A stretch of 64,000 nt of DNA from assembly GCA_951406725.2 (NCBI GenBank), contig OX597818.1:104594001-104658000 (forward strand), written 5' to 3'. This stretch comes from Octopus vulgaris. Its lineage: Eukaryota. Under the pieces are notes generated by a model. It was not told the origin of the DNA. It saw only the letters and a program-made list of their open reading frames with translations, and made no database searches. This document shows, piece after piece, positions 37,340 through 51,037 of the stretch (positions are counted from its first letter, which is position 1; each line of letters starts with the position of its first letter). The position numbers and the translations under genes were made by a program.

Positions 37340-37603
37340 TTTCATGTCAACTCCCAGGCATTTTTCTTTCAATTTAATTCTGGCTTTATAATCTTTAAGC
37401 ACGCCGGTCTTCAGTTAAAAATCCTTTAGTCGATTTAAAACACGATCTGGGAGTCAAATATCAGTAATTTTACACAAACTACAAGATAAAAATTTAGCAT
37501 TTCTGTGGTCATGCACAACTACAAGTTCAACTTCATCACCGGGTTGCAGATCAATACTGACGTGGACTTCTGTCATATGAAAGAATAGCTTCTTGCCTTC
37601 TTC
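37340..37603 (-). pseudogene. CSDE1: Processed pseudogene fragment of cold shock domain-containing protein E1 (Unr), last CSD + C-terminus
   Basis: KKLFFHMTEVHVSIDLQPGDEVELVVV..RNAKFLSCSL..TDI*LPDRVLNRLK matches the recalled CSDE1 sequence KKLFFHVKEV..LQAGDEVEFSV..RPDRLVNRLK; in-frame stops, 5' truncated. Confidence 0.8.
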
Positions 37604-38049
37604 TTTTATCGACCCACAAGGTTTTCTCTTAAAAATTTCTACAGAAAATGGCTGCAGTAGTAACAGTAGTCTCCAAGTTATTTTCATTCAGAAAATAGAA
37701 TTAAAATTCTATTTTCTGAAAAGCTGATAAAAATAACGAACAGAGGCATAGCCCCAAACTTAAACAATTATATTCGTATGGTAGAAGACACAAAGGAGAA
37801 TAATTTTGGAAATATTAATTTGAACGAGAAAAAATCATTACGAAAAGCAATGGCAACATCAGTAATATTTCATATCTCGTAAATGTCGTGAGGAAAAAGG
37901 AGCAAGTGGACTTGAGAAGAAAAGGAGCGGATGAAATGTTTTTGAAATGTTGAAGCACCTTGCCTGAGGAATTAATATACGAAAAGACGACGTGGGAAAT
38001 AACGTTTCTGTTTTTCAAAAAATACTCTAGAATTAGAAGCTGAAGGAAA

Positions 38050-38198
38050 TCCAGGCTGAATTTGAAGGTGAAGGAAATGTACGCCGAATTTGAAGTTGAA
38101 AGAAATCCACGCCGAACTTGATCTCAGAACGTAAAGATGGATGAAATGTTGCTAGGCATTTTTCCCGACGTGTTAACGATTCTGCCAGCTCACCGCCT
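38050..38198 (-). mobile_element. SINE family A, degenerate
   Basis: Head gattctgccagctcaccgcc and B-box region. Confidence 0.7.
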
Positions 38199-38603
38199 AT
38201 ATGATGTCATGTAAACCATTGGATTAAAGAAAAATACTGAAGAGTAGAAAAATAGTAAAATGTCAAGGATACACGTGTAACTCGAACCTATATTAGCTAT
38301 GGTAATTAGAGGCTCTAACAATTACGACAAAGAAACACATCTAACATTCTCTCCTATTTAGAAATTTTGCGTCTTCCACGCAAATATTGTAATTTGTTTA
38401 CATTTTAAGAATTTTGGAACTTCGAGAGAGACAGGGTTTTAATCCAATATGCTACACCCTAGTATTTATATCTTTATCTACTTCGAGTTTCATTGTTAAA
38501 AATCATTTGCTTCCTATCTCTTAAACTGGGCGATATGTGGGATGTGATGGAGAATTCATAGATAAAGGACGAAAACTGTTACATATTATTATTATATAAT
38601 TCA

Positions 38604-38999
38604 CTAGCAGTATCGCCCGGCGTTGCTCGGGTTTGTAAGGGAAATAACTATATAAGCATTTTTAGAGATGTAAAGTATAATAGCCATTTCAATATGGCTA
38701 ACCACAAAGCGGGGTGTTACTGTAGCTTTTTACGTTCTGAGATTTGATAATACATTTTTAGAGAGTTACTTACCTTATATAATAGCAAAAACAATGCATT
38801 AAAAATGGGAAAAAATGATGGTAATTTTTTTTTAATCGTAGACTCATCGTAGACGCGCGCTAATACCCAGAAGGGCTCGATATGAATCACGGCTATAAGA
38901 TACCCGCTTTTTGTTACACTGCACCGCAAAATGTGGGAGTAGTTAGGAATCTAAATCGTAGGAGACAGACACACAACTTCACTTATATATATATAAAGA
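38604..38999 (-). mobile_element. Non-autonomous Helitron
   Basis: Minus strand reads A|TC...CCCGAGCAACGCCGGG hairpin...CTAG|T; same termini as 45805-46212. Confidence 0.8.
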
Positions 39000-41239
39000 T
39001 GTAACAAAAAATGTACACAGAAATAAGTATATGATAAAATAGACTATATGTAAAACAAGATAGTTATATAGAAATTAAGCATCCACTCGATTTGATAAGG
39101 TTACCCTATGTTTTTTTATTAAACTTCCACTGTACTTCCTTTTTGTATCTTTCATGTTACGAAATTCCAAGATGTTCAGAGACGAACTTTGAGTCATAGT
39201 GAGCAACAGAGGGTCCACGTTTTCTGGAACGTTAAAATATAAAACTTAGTAAAGTCTATCCGATGTTTGTAGTAGCATTTTTTTCGTTTTATGCTGCATA
39301 AAATGTGGTCCCAATTCCTTCTCATTTCCTACTCCGTCTGGATATTTCTTGTATACATTGTATAAGACTCTTATTAGAGCCTTTTTTTTTTTCAATATTC
39401 TTGCCAATGGCTATGAATTTTTATCTCTTTGTTAGAAGAGGTTGGTTCCATATCATAGGACATTGGGTCTCTTCCATGAGATATGAGCTGTTCTTGTGTA
39501 GGGAGAAACCCCGCCTCTTTGCTAATGTACACTATCTCAATTTTTTATAGTCTTTTTTGTTTTTCTGTTGGGTCTTTTCGTTTGTTTTTTTTTTCTTTTT
39601 TCATTTTTAATATTAGGATGCGTTCTAACTCCCACCGACCTCAGTCTGGTCTCCATTCTCGTAAGTGAATGCTACTGCTATACTGGACTTCCTGAACGTT
39701 TACTGCCAGCTGTTGTTGTGGTAAATTCACCGTATTTTCGCCGGTTGTGATTGGGAGATGGAGTTTAGGAGTTTACTATTTCCCCTCTGGTAATCAAGGG
39801 AGGCATTTTTATTTGCCGAATCAAGAACTGAACGTGGTGTCTCTTTTGGAGTTTGTGTGAAGAATGTTTTTTAATGGGTTTTCCATCTAAGCTTCTCCTC
39901 TGAGCATCCACTACACTATATAGTTCTGGTTTTGTTTTGAGAAGCCATTAGCAGTTATTTCTCCTTGAAGATCCTAGCCGACAACATATTGCTAAATATT
40001 ACATCAGTACTGTCCAGGTGCTCATATTGCCCCACGATGGTTGACTGTTAGCCAGACGGTGATATTTAAACAATGCGGCGTTCTTTGTGTTTCTCCTTCC
40101 AAAATACTGAGGAACCAGCTTATAGGAAGATGTCTCATACTATTTAGATTCGTGCATTCACCCCATCCTAAGTTTTAATGGTGGCACACAGAGTAGCATA
40201 TGTCCTTTCTATCCCACGACAGGCTATTTCATTTGAAATATCTGCCGGGGCTGTCGATAACTCTAGCTTAAATGCAACAAAAATGACTTCTGATTACTTG
40301 GCAAGTCCTAAATATATTACATTACTTCTTTCACGATTCTTTATGTCTGATTGTGAAAAGCTGGCATCAATTCAGTAGATAAAAGATATTCAAACTTTCG
40401 GGCTTTCAGCAAAATGCCTCACGCCGAGAGGCGTTGGCTTGAAAGTTTACACCAGAAGTAAAACTTGCCTGCAAACTACATTTGTTACTATCATTGAATA
40501 CATTTCAACTCGATCTAATTCGTTATAATTAAAACGTATATATTTGTCTTTTAGCGCATCAAATTTTGTGTTGCATTTAAAATGTTATTCTGTTTTCAGT
40601 TTTGTTTACTATGTGTGAAATATACTATTGTGTACATTTCCAGACTTTTATTTGTGGACATATATATTATGTCGGTGACTTGAAAGATGAAAAGAAACTT
40701 TGTCGCAAAATAAAACACAAATCATGTTTCTTTTGTCAATCTCTGCAGCGGATAACATTACGAAGTTATTTGTGTGCCAGTATTTTTTTGTTGAAATTTC
40801 ATTTCATCTTTGAAGATTTGCCATCCTTCCTTTGCTACAGAAAAGCTGCGCGTCGAATTTATCTAGAGATTTGGTTGAAGGCCTGAATCGTCCTACGCAC
40901 AACTGCAGCCGTTCAATGCAATACATATCGGTAAAGCATCAAAATCGGACGACAGCACAGAAGGTTTCCTTAATGTAACTGACGAACCTCGCCGCCACAA
41001 AAATTTCAGGCCTTGCGCTTATGCAAAAATTGTTACGGCTTGGGAAATATACCTTGTGTTATTTGTTCCATTCTTCCACCTTCTGAAATCAAATCCCGCC
41101 GAGATAAGCTTTACAGTTAATACCCCCACCCACCTAGTGTCGCTAAAATAATAAAAATAGTCGAGTACTGCAGCCATTGGTATTGACTAAACACCTCTCC
41201 CCAAAATTACTCTCCTGGAGACTTAACTAGTACTACTAC

Positions 41240-41294
<55 letters not shown>

Positions 41295-41323
41295 TGTAGT
41301 AGTAGTAGTAGTAGTAGTTGTAG

Positions 41324-41961
41324 AACTCGGAATCCTGCGGTTAGTAGCCCGCGCTCTTAACCACGACGCCATATAACCGTGGGCATAGTAGTTAAGAATG
41401 CGGGCTACTAGCCCCAAGATTCCAAGTTCGATTCCAGGCGGTGACCTTAATAATAATAATAATAACAATAATAATAATAATAATGATAATAACAACAACA
41501 TCGAAAATTACCTTAGGAATGAGAACCCAGGTTCGAAATTTCCGCAAGACACCAGAGGAAGGCGGCGAGCTAGCAGAATCGTTAGCACGTCGGGCGAAAT
41601 GCTTAGCGGTATTTCGGCTGCCGTTACGTTGTGAGTTCAAATTCCGCCGAGGTCGACTTTGCCTTTCATCCTTTCGGGGTCGATAAATTAAGTACCAGTT
41701 AAGCACTGGAGTCGATATAATCGACTTAATACCTATGTCTGTCCATGTTTGTCTCCCCTATGTTTAGCCCCTTGTGGGTAATAAAGAAATAGAAATAGGT
41801 ATTTCGTCTGTCTTTACGTTCTGAGTTCAAATTCCGCCGAGGTCGACTTTGCCTTTCATCCTTTCGAGGTTGATAAATTAAGTACCAGTTGCATACTGGG
41901 GTCGATCTAATCGACTGGCCCCTCCCCCAAAATTTCAGGCCTTGTGCCTGGAGTAGAAAAG

Positions 41962-41962
<1 letters not shown>
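41324..41962 (+). mobile_element. Composite: inverted C head (41324-41371), C head/body (41381-41558) fused to a two-unit SINE-A (41559-41962)
   Basis: Junction GACACCAGAGG-AAGGC-GGCGAGC uses AAGGC shared by both families. Confidence 0.85.
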
Positions 41963-42019
<57 letters not shown>

Positions 42020-42035
42020 GTAGTATTATTATTAT

Positions 42036-42175
42036 TAAAGTCAAAATTAAAAGAAGAGTACCATTGTCATCTCGTGGACGATATTTCGACATCTTGTGTG
42101 TCTTCAACAGGTTCAAAAAATAATTTTGTCAATCTACTTCATGACAATGGCACTCTTCTTTTAATTTTGACTCTA
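42036..42175. mobile_element. 140-bp element with ~35-bp inverted termini enclosing a hammerhead-like motif (42076-42114, minus)
   Basis: agtcaaaattaaaagaagagtaccattgtcat / atgacaatggcactcttcttttaattttgact; internal GAAC-CUGUUGA-A-GACA(CACAAGA)UGUC-GAAA-UA-UC-GUCC. Confidence 0.7.
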
Positions 42176-42214
42176 TATCTTCTGGAGCAGTTATCTCAAT
42201 TCTTTATACTTTAT

Positions 42215-42520
<306 letters not shown>

Positions 42521-42964
42521 CCGTCCTTGTTGCAACAGCCTTACGACATCAAGTTATAACCCTTTTGTGTATCATTGTGTTCAACCCTCCAAGTTTGAGA
42601 AATAAAAGAAATAGGAGTAGCAAGTTTGCCGCGATTCAATCGATTTTACATCTGCGTTACAACTTGTTGCATTGTGGCAAATTCATAAATCGATATTACT
42701 GATGCAGCCAGTCGATAGAAGGAAGTAGACAGTATTTAGCATATTTCCTTTCACGTTCTGAAATGAAATGCCAACGAAGGAGTTCAAGCTAAAGAAGTAA
42801 CTCACCTTAGCAGATACGGGAAACTAAATCATCGATGTTTCGAAAGCCATTGAAGAAATCAAGATGGTTGAGGAACCTTTGAGCTTTGAGTCAACGACAA
42901 AGCTTTTACATGACCAATTGGCCTCCGCGAAATTGCAGAGAAATCTACTTCAAATCACTACATA

Positions 42965-43535
42965 CCTATTTCTTTACTACCCACAAGGGGCTAAACACAG
43001 AGAGGACAAACAAGGACAGACAAACGGATTAAGTCGATTATATCGAGCCCTGTGCGTAACTGGTACTTATTTAATAGACCCCGAAAGGATGAAAGTACCA
43101 GTCGACCTTGGCGAAATTTGAACTGAGAACGTAAAGGCAGACGAAATACCTATTTCTTTATTGCCCACAAGGTGCTAAACATAGAGGGGACAAACAAGGA
43201 CAGACAAACGGATTAAGTCGATTATATCGACCCCAGTGCATAACTGGTACTTATTTAATAGACCCCGAAAGGATGAAAGGCAAAGTCGACCTCGGCAGAA
43301 TTTGAACTCAGAATGTAGCGGCAGACGAAATACTTATTTCTTTACTACCCACAAGGGGCTAAACACAGAGAGCACAAACAAGGGCAGACAAACGGATTAA
43401 ATCGATTATATCGACACCAGTGCGCAACTGGTACTTAATTTATCGACCCCGAAAGGATGAAAGGCAAAGTCGACCTCGGCAGAACTTGAACTCAGAACGT
43501 AGCGGCAGACGAAATACCACTAAGCATTTCGGCCT
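42965..43535 (-). mobile_element. SINE family A, three tandem body units, head truncated
   Basis: Three ~182-bp units; TSD aaat(c/a)actacatacc. Confidence 0.92.
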
Positions 43536-44334
43536 TAAATAACTACATACCATCTTTAAAATTATGAAACAATAGAATCTGTAGATACAATATTCCTCAA
43601 AATACCTTATTTTCCGGCGTACACGTCGAAGTTTTCAGACCAAAATGTTAGGTCAACATATATCAAGACAATTTTGGAGGACTGAAAATTCCTTGCGGAA
43701 TGTTGCAGGGTTAGGATATTTGATTGTTTGCACTAAGGTGTTTGCACTATATAGAACGTCAAATTTTATACATTGAAATACGCATGCCATGAAGAGTTTA
43801 CCCGATGTGAGTTGATTTGGGACTAAAAAACAACAATCAATACAATCATATTTTGTATTGAAACAAGGACAAAATGATCGAGTTCAAATAAAGATTTACC
43901 GGGCAGATAATGAAGATAGCAATATCGGCTACTTGAAAAAAGCTGACTTCATATAATGTGTTGTTTAAACTCTGATATCTTGCTTTTCTCTCATTATGTC
44001 GCTTCTCAAGTTAGCTAACCTCTTGACATGTTTAACTATTAATATGTTGCGGCTCCTTCGCACATATCAGAATATATATTTGTTCCTTACTTTTCATTAT
44101 TTTCTGCTAGTCATAATTAGGCGTCACTGTTCTTATGACATGTCATCCATCTCTGTCTTGAATAGTTCATAATTTATAAAATAAGATGTCTTCAGTAGCT
44201 ACTTCATATTTTTTATCGATTTTTCTTTAGAGAATAGAGGAAGGCCGATATATTATAGAGGAAGTAACATTTTAATTGTTAACCCTTTTTGTATGAACTT
44301 TTCATCATGTATTGCATCTATAATATTATTTTTC

Positions 44335-44549
44335 AAATTTTGGCGCAAGACCAGTAAATTCAGGAGAGTGAGTAAGTAGATTATATCGACCCTAGTGCTC
44401 AGCTGGTACTTAATCTATCGACTCCAAAAGTATGAACGGCAAAGTCCACCTCGATGGAATTTGAACTCAGAATATAAAGATAAAGACAGACGAAATGCCG
44501 CTAGGCATTTTTACTCGGTGTGCTAACGATTCTACCAGCTCGCCGCCTT
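44335..44549 (-). mobile_element. SINE family A, older copy
   Basis: Similarity to the A consensus. Confidence 0.8.
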
Positions 44550-45804
44550 CGTTGTATGTATAATATTTGAGCATATCTGTGCATTTTCAAGACAATACAA
44601 CACTGCCGCTTCTTACAGCATTTGTCAACTTCATATTGTAGTACGTATTCGTAACTGGGTAAAATAGATTAATATAAATTTATGAGCTCAAGCATCACTG
44701 TGAGGTTAAGAAGTTCGATTAGCCGTCAAATTATTGCAGGTTCAATCACACTTTATAGCAAATTGCGCCAATGACTTCTACTATAGCCACGGTTTTAGCA
44801 GTATATTCGCAGTGGAATTTGGTAGACGAGTACTCAGCAGAAATCCGCTACATCTGTGTGCTTGTGTATGTATGTGCGTATATATAAGTGTGAGTGCCTT
44901 TCGCTAATTGTACTTGTCATTGGCCTGTGTCAACTGATCCAGATAATCACAAATAGCAACATAAAATTAACCACGGACACAGCGTAGAACTGCTGACAGG
45001 ATGCAACTAACAAACACCTTGACCCCTGTTCTGATGCTTTATTCACTATCTATTTGCTGCCGTTTCTCTTGTTGTTGTTGCATATGGTGACATGGACTTT
45101 ATTTTTAAATAATATCTTATACCAAAGAATGTATTAGTTTTTTTAGTTTTGTCAACTTGTTACGATTCCCTCTGTGCAACGCGCTTGTCATCACAACTTA
45201 CCCTTAAAAAATGTATTAAGCAAAAATAATTTTTTTTTAAAAGACTGCATTGACAAAGTCAACTAAAACTACTTCAATATATTCTTTCCTATAAACTTTT
45301 ATGACATGAATATAGGGAAAACGAATACAAAAAGATACAATTGACGGTTAGTATGAAATATTGCTTCAAAGAAGATGAAAAAAGATATATCAACACCAAA
45401 CGGAAGCTGATATTGAAAACGATTTGTGATAAGATCATATGAGATTTCTCATTGCACACTGACCATATAATGGAGGAATAGATTTTGCTGTATCACATAG
45501 TAAAGTCAAAGTTAGGGAAACAGAAAAGATTGGAAAATATCTGTATTTAGCCAATGAAGATTAACAATTCAGGGAATTGTGAATTAATGTTGCTGTATTG
45601 TCATAGGAGCTCTACCAACAAAACCAAAGATATTGTTTAGAATATTGAATGGCACTTGGATTTGTGGAACAAATGATAGATGTTCAAGAAGCTGGAATTT
45701 TTCCTGTTCGCTATTTATTTTTGAAATTTCAGAAGCTGGTATTATCCAAAACTCATAATATGAATTCATTACGGCTAATCTAAAACTAATTGTATTATTA
45801 ATAA

Positions 45805-46212
45805 CTAGCAGCATAGCCCGGCGTTGCCCTGGTATGTAAGAGCCCCTAGTAGGCAATGACTAATCCCAATCTAGTTCTTTCCCTCTAGGGAACGAAGGCG
45901 CATGTGTAGGTTGCAATGTCTTCTCTTCACTCGAACACTTCTATGTATATGATGTTCCTAGCTGTCTCCCGACAGAAAATGTGTTGCATATAAAAAGCTT
46001 AGATTCTCGACCTCATGTCGAATTTATAGATGTTTTTCAAAACTGGGGGAACTTTTCAAAATTTTCGCTGTGTTAGTTTTGAATTATGACATTGGGCTAT
46101 GTGTGTGTCAAGTTTCATCAGAATCGGTTGAAAGCCGTGGTCAGGGTGAGGGTACAACCTGACAGACACACAGACACACAGACAGACAAACTGCCGTTTA
46201 TATATATAGAGA
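45805..46212 (-). mobile_element. Non-autonomous Helitron
   Basis: A|TC start, (TGTC)n, subterminal CCAGGGCAACGCCGGG hairpin, CTAG|T end on the minus strand. Confidence 0.8.
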
Positions 46213-47199
46213 TAATAGAAGGGCGTTCAGCTGGCAAAATTCTCATCTCGCTGAACCAAATTCTCAGTGTTATTTTCGTCAGTCTTTATGTTCTGAGTTC
46301 AAATTCCGCCGGTCTCGACTTTGCCTTTCATCCTTTCGGTAACACTGGAGTCGATGTAATTGACCTACGCCTTTCCCCAAAATTTCAGACCTTGTGATTA
46401 AAGAAGAGGCTTTGTGCCTATAGAAGGAAAGATTAATAACAATAATAAAGGCAACTAACAAAATCGTTAACTCGCCGGACAAAATGTTTAACGACATTAA
46501 TTCCAGCTCACTGTTTTGAGTTCAAATCATACCAAGGTCAACTACGTCTTCCACCATAAAATTTAGAGCCATTTACTATATTCTAGAGGGGAGCATGCAT
46601 GTCAAAGAATGAACCCAACATTTCCTCAGCGTGTCGTAAAAGGTAACCAATATAGGTTGATGTAGGATTTGCAGTAAAACCCTCGTAAAACCCTCACCAG
46701 GAACGACTAGCCAAACAGAACCATGAGTTAGAGGGTTGTTGCCTGAATGGTGCAAAAGTGTCATCCTCCAGGAATAATAAGGAATCACCAACAAATGGTT
46801 AGATGCAGTAAGGCACTTTCATAGTCCACGTATTACTAGCATGCCAACAGAATCTTCAGCATGCCAGGCAATGCTTAACAATATCTTTTAGCTTCTATTG
46901 GAATTGAATCAGCATTGAGGAAACTTCGCTTTTCGATTGCCTTGGATAATATTATATAGATGAATTCCCCGAACATCCCTGTCTACATGAATTGGCGAAT
47001 CCATGATGGTGGTTATTTAGTTATTCTGAGAGACGTTTCGAAATATGTGTATTACAAAGTGCTCGGGCAAAATTTAAAGATATTTTGTCTCCTCTTTTTA
47101 GAAACTGTTTGATAGGTTGGTAAATAGTCAAAGTCGTTGGAGGACATAGAGACTGGAGTTATAGTAGTTGAGAAGAAGTTAGCTGACATGGAGCACCGT

Positions 47200-47960
47200 A
47201 AACCATCTGAAAGTTACCTGTACAATAATGATTCGCATTGTTTGCCAAAATGCCGATATCATAACCGCTGCTGAATGCTCTGTAAATATTACAAAGCAGG
47301 AAGGGACACAGAAAGTGTTCTGACTGCGTGCACACGTCGGTGTACATCCAACAACTGATGAACAGGGCCTTAAGCTTAATTCAGACAGTTCTGTGAAGCT
47401 GGTGGAGATTATGGTCAGATCCTGGCCGGAGAGAATTGCTGCTGGAAGGCTAAATGAGTGACAGCAGGATTCTGTTTCTTGCCATACTTCCGAAAACAGT
47501 CATAAGTGTTTATCGGAGAATTTCAGCAACTTCACCAGCTCTCGTTTCTGGCCGAATGTTTACCCCTATTTTAATTTCATGGATTACTAAATGTCGGGCA
47601 CAGTTATGAAAGACACCAAAACCTCTGACTGCAAAAGCGACCAGAACGCTTTCCGTGTCCTTTCCTGCTGGCCACAACTTCGTAGTCTCCGTTGCAACTG
47701 TCCATGCCATGCCCCATGCTCTTTACAGTGTTTATAAAGCACTAAGCAGCAGTGATGATATCGTCATTTTGATAATCGACGGGAAGCATTATGCGATAAT
47801 CGGTGAGAATCTGCCTCTATCACCAAGGCCGAGTTGGTCGCCAATGTCAAGACAATGTTCCAAGATTTTCACAGGAACACAGTAAGATACACATGAGCTA
47901 CGTACCGGTGCCGTCTTGAGGCCGTGGTAGAAGCTAAGGGTGGCTACTTTGAGTAAACTG
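47200..47960 (+). mobile_element. Decayed Tc1/mariner (maT-like) transposase with internally inverted segment
   Basis: Plus strand: RKGHRKCSDCV..QQDSVSCHTS..FWP and RCRLEAVVEAKGGYFE*. Minus 47580-47795 repeats the N-terminal part (DIITAA..NGDYEVVASRKGH). Confidence 0.65.
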
Positions 47961-47979
47961 TTGCACACCAACCATAACC

Positions 47980-48205
47980 TACTCCTTACTCTTTACTCTT
48001 TTACTTGTTTCAGTCATTTGATTGCGGCCATGCTGAAGCACCGCCTTTAATCGAGCAACTCGTCCCCGGGACTTATTCTTTGTAAGCCTAGTACTTATTC
48101 TATCGGTCTCTTTTGCCGAACCGCTAAGTAACGGGGACATAAACACACCAGCATCGGTTGTCAAGCAATGCTAAGGGGACAAACAAAGACACACAAACAT
48201 ACACG

Positions 48206-48275
<70 letters not shown>

Positions 48276-48447
48276 CATATATACGACGGGCTTCTTTCAG
48301 TTTCCGTCTACCAAATCCACTCACAAGGCTTTGGTCGGCCCAAGGCTATAGTAGAAGACACTTGCCTAAGGTGCCACGCAGTGGGACTGAACCCGCAACC
48401 ATGTGGTTGGTAAACAAGCTACCAACCACACAGCCACTCCTGCGCCT
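47980..48447 (-). mobile_element. SINE family B, full length
   Basis: Near-consensus copy. Confidence 0.92.
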
Positions 48448-48873
48448 AAATATGAACCTAGTTCATATTTCTTATATTTTTGGATGGCATATTGTGCTTT
48501 GCTTTCCATTTATGTGAGCTATCAAATTTAGCCCGAACGCACAGTATCTACTCTATTAGATATTGAACAATATAGACATAGTTTCCAGTGTATCGTAGCG
48601 CTAGCAATGTCACACACACACACATACACACACTCACACACGTGTGTCTCTATGTGTATGAATGTATGCTTTGTATATTTATGTATATGTATGTATTGTC
48701 ATAATAATTGTGATAATTTGGGTAAAAATTGTTTTGAAATTAATTTTAATTAATTAATCATGTATCTAAGCTACATAATTATAGAAATAATGATGTTTAT
48801 TGTTAATGAGACAGCCGTTGAGCACAATTAAATTATGAACTATATGTGGAAGTCGTATGTATGTTCGCGTGTG

Positions 48874-48912
<39 letters not shown>

Positions 48913-49247
48913 GCACATATATATATATATATGTATGTATATTTGTATATATATATGTGTATGAATATATATATATATATACATATATATATGCATATAT
49001 ATATATGTATAGAGAAAAACAAATATACATATATATAAGGATGAGTGTGTGTGTATGAGTGTATGCGTGAGTGCGTAGGTAGGTAAGTAGGTATATCTTG
49101 AAACAGAAGATAAAGAACTTTTTGATATTATTTAGTCACCATTACACGTGTTTCATTTGCTAATAGAAGATAACACTTATGTCTCTCCTTCATATACAAG
49201 TTGGCAACTCCTATTAACAACTTATCACGTGTGATGATGAATAAATA

Positions 49248-49802
49248 TAGGGCTGTCTGGAAAGTTCGTGCCGATTTTTAAAAGAAAGAAAAAGGGTCAA
49301 TAAATACTTGCCATTACATGTATAATCAACCAAATATGAACCATTTTGTTGCACAATGCGTCTCCATCTTTCCTTTAACTTGAAAATACCCTCTTCCCAA
49401 AATTGTGGTGGTTTCATGGCAAAGAATTCATCAAGGTATCCAAGGAATTGAAATTTTTATCATTAAGAATATTCTGCAGAGACCTGAATAGGTGGAAATC
49501 CGAAGGAGCAATTTTTTGTGAATATGGATGGTGGGGTAACACATCCCAGCCGAGCTGCAGCAATTTTTGTCTGGTTCCCAAAGCTTCAAGTGCCGAAAAT
49601 GAACTTTCTTATCTTCCATTTTAAAGAGTTACAGAATTAACACAGATTATAGGAAAATAAACCTACTTCCACGAAAAGATAGCTTACACTGTGCTCTAAA
49701 TGGAGGTGTAATCAAATCCTATTTTATGGACTTCAGCCATGTTCTAAAATAAGTCGAAGTGTAAGCTACTATAAATCGGCACGAACTTTCTGGACATCAC
49801 AA
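49248..49802 (-). mobile_element. Internally deleted mariner element
   Basis: ~30-bp TIRs (..GAAAGTTCGTGCCGATTT), TA on both sides; MEDKKVHFRHL joined to LGWDVLPHHPYS..IAPSDFHLFRSLQN..GIFKLKERWRRIVQQNGSYL. Confidence 0.9.
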
Positions 49803-50028
49803 TAGTTCCAAAGAATTTTCTATTCTTGTGTTATATTATTACTCTGGAAACGATAATTTTCTAGCATTTTCAACACATATGCATGACTCACAAATACAAC
49901 ACCACATCTTCCTATAGATTTGGAACACTGCAATAAGCTGATTTGCTTCATAAGGACACACCTCGGATTTTAACTCTATACACACACACACATATATTTA
50001 TATATATATATATATGTATATATGTATA

Positions 50029-50078
<50 letters not shown>

Positions 50079-50214
50079 AGTTTCAGCTCAAACATGCGGC
50101 CATGCTGATGCACCACCGTAAAATTTTCTTTCAATCCAGCATTCTGCATTTTTACAATTTTTCCTTGCTTATCATTTCTCCACGTGCGGTCAACACAACC
50201 CCACCATTTATTGA

Positions 50215-50282
<68 letters not shown>

Positions 50283-50416
50283 CATATATATATATATATT
50301 TAGAGAGAGAGAGAAAGAGAGAGAAAGAGAACAATATTAAATCTCTGAGGGAGAAGTAAACAGTAACACACGGAATCAGGGAGTATATTCGCCACCTAAC
50401 AGTGACGGTTTGCCGC

Positions 50417-50449
<33 letters not shown>

Positions 50450-50564
50450 TGTATGTATGTATGTATGTATGTATGTATGTATATATGTATGTATGAATGT
50501 ATGTATATATATATATATATAAGTCTGTATGTATATATATATATATATATATGTATTTTTTTTC

Positions 50565-50775
50565 TTGTTTCGGCTTAGAGCTGCGGCCATGCAGATGCAC
50601 CACCGTTTTGTGCAACACTGTTATTACGAAGAATCTCCTCTAATATGTAGCACTTGGTGAAGAATGGAGTTTGACATAGCTACTCTCATTTGCACCTCTT
50701 GCCGTGAGGTAGGTTCATCTGGGACTCTCGACAGGAAGATGTCCAGCTTTGATTTAAAAACTGCTACATCTACTT

Positions 50776-50817
<42 letters not shown>

Positions 50818-51000
50818 AATCCTTTAAAATGTTTTAGTCCGAAGGCCGCGGCCATGCTGGAGCACCACCGCTGAATGAGCTACACTAATATGTGAATCCA
50901 CCTCTGATACGTGGCACTTGATCAACAAGGGAGTTCGATGCTGCTGCCCGCATCTCCTGTCGTCTCCTGTCGTGAGGTAGGTTCATCTGGGACTCCCGAC
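50565..51000 (-). mobile_element. Two CR1/L2-like LINE 3' ends (50565-50775; 50818-51000)
   Basis: FKSKLDIFLSRVPDEPTSRQE..SNS and GVPDEPTSRQE..RAAASNSLVDQV; 3'UTR GGTGGTGCTCCAGCATGGCCGC. Confidence 0.75.
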
Positions 51001-51037
51001 AGACATGTATGTATGTATATATATATATATATATATA

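Noticed and set aside
39110-40400. Possible decayed minus-strand poly(A)-ended ORF1-like element
   Set aside because: Only an AATAAA/A-run and vague compositional similarity; no diagnostic motif or TSD.
45117-45293. Degenerate inverted repeat, possible MITE
   Set aside because: AT-rich with low identity and no TSD or second copy in the window.
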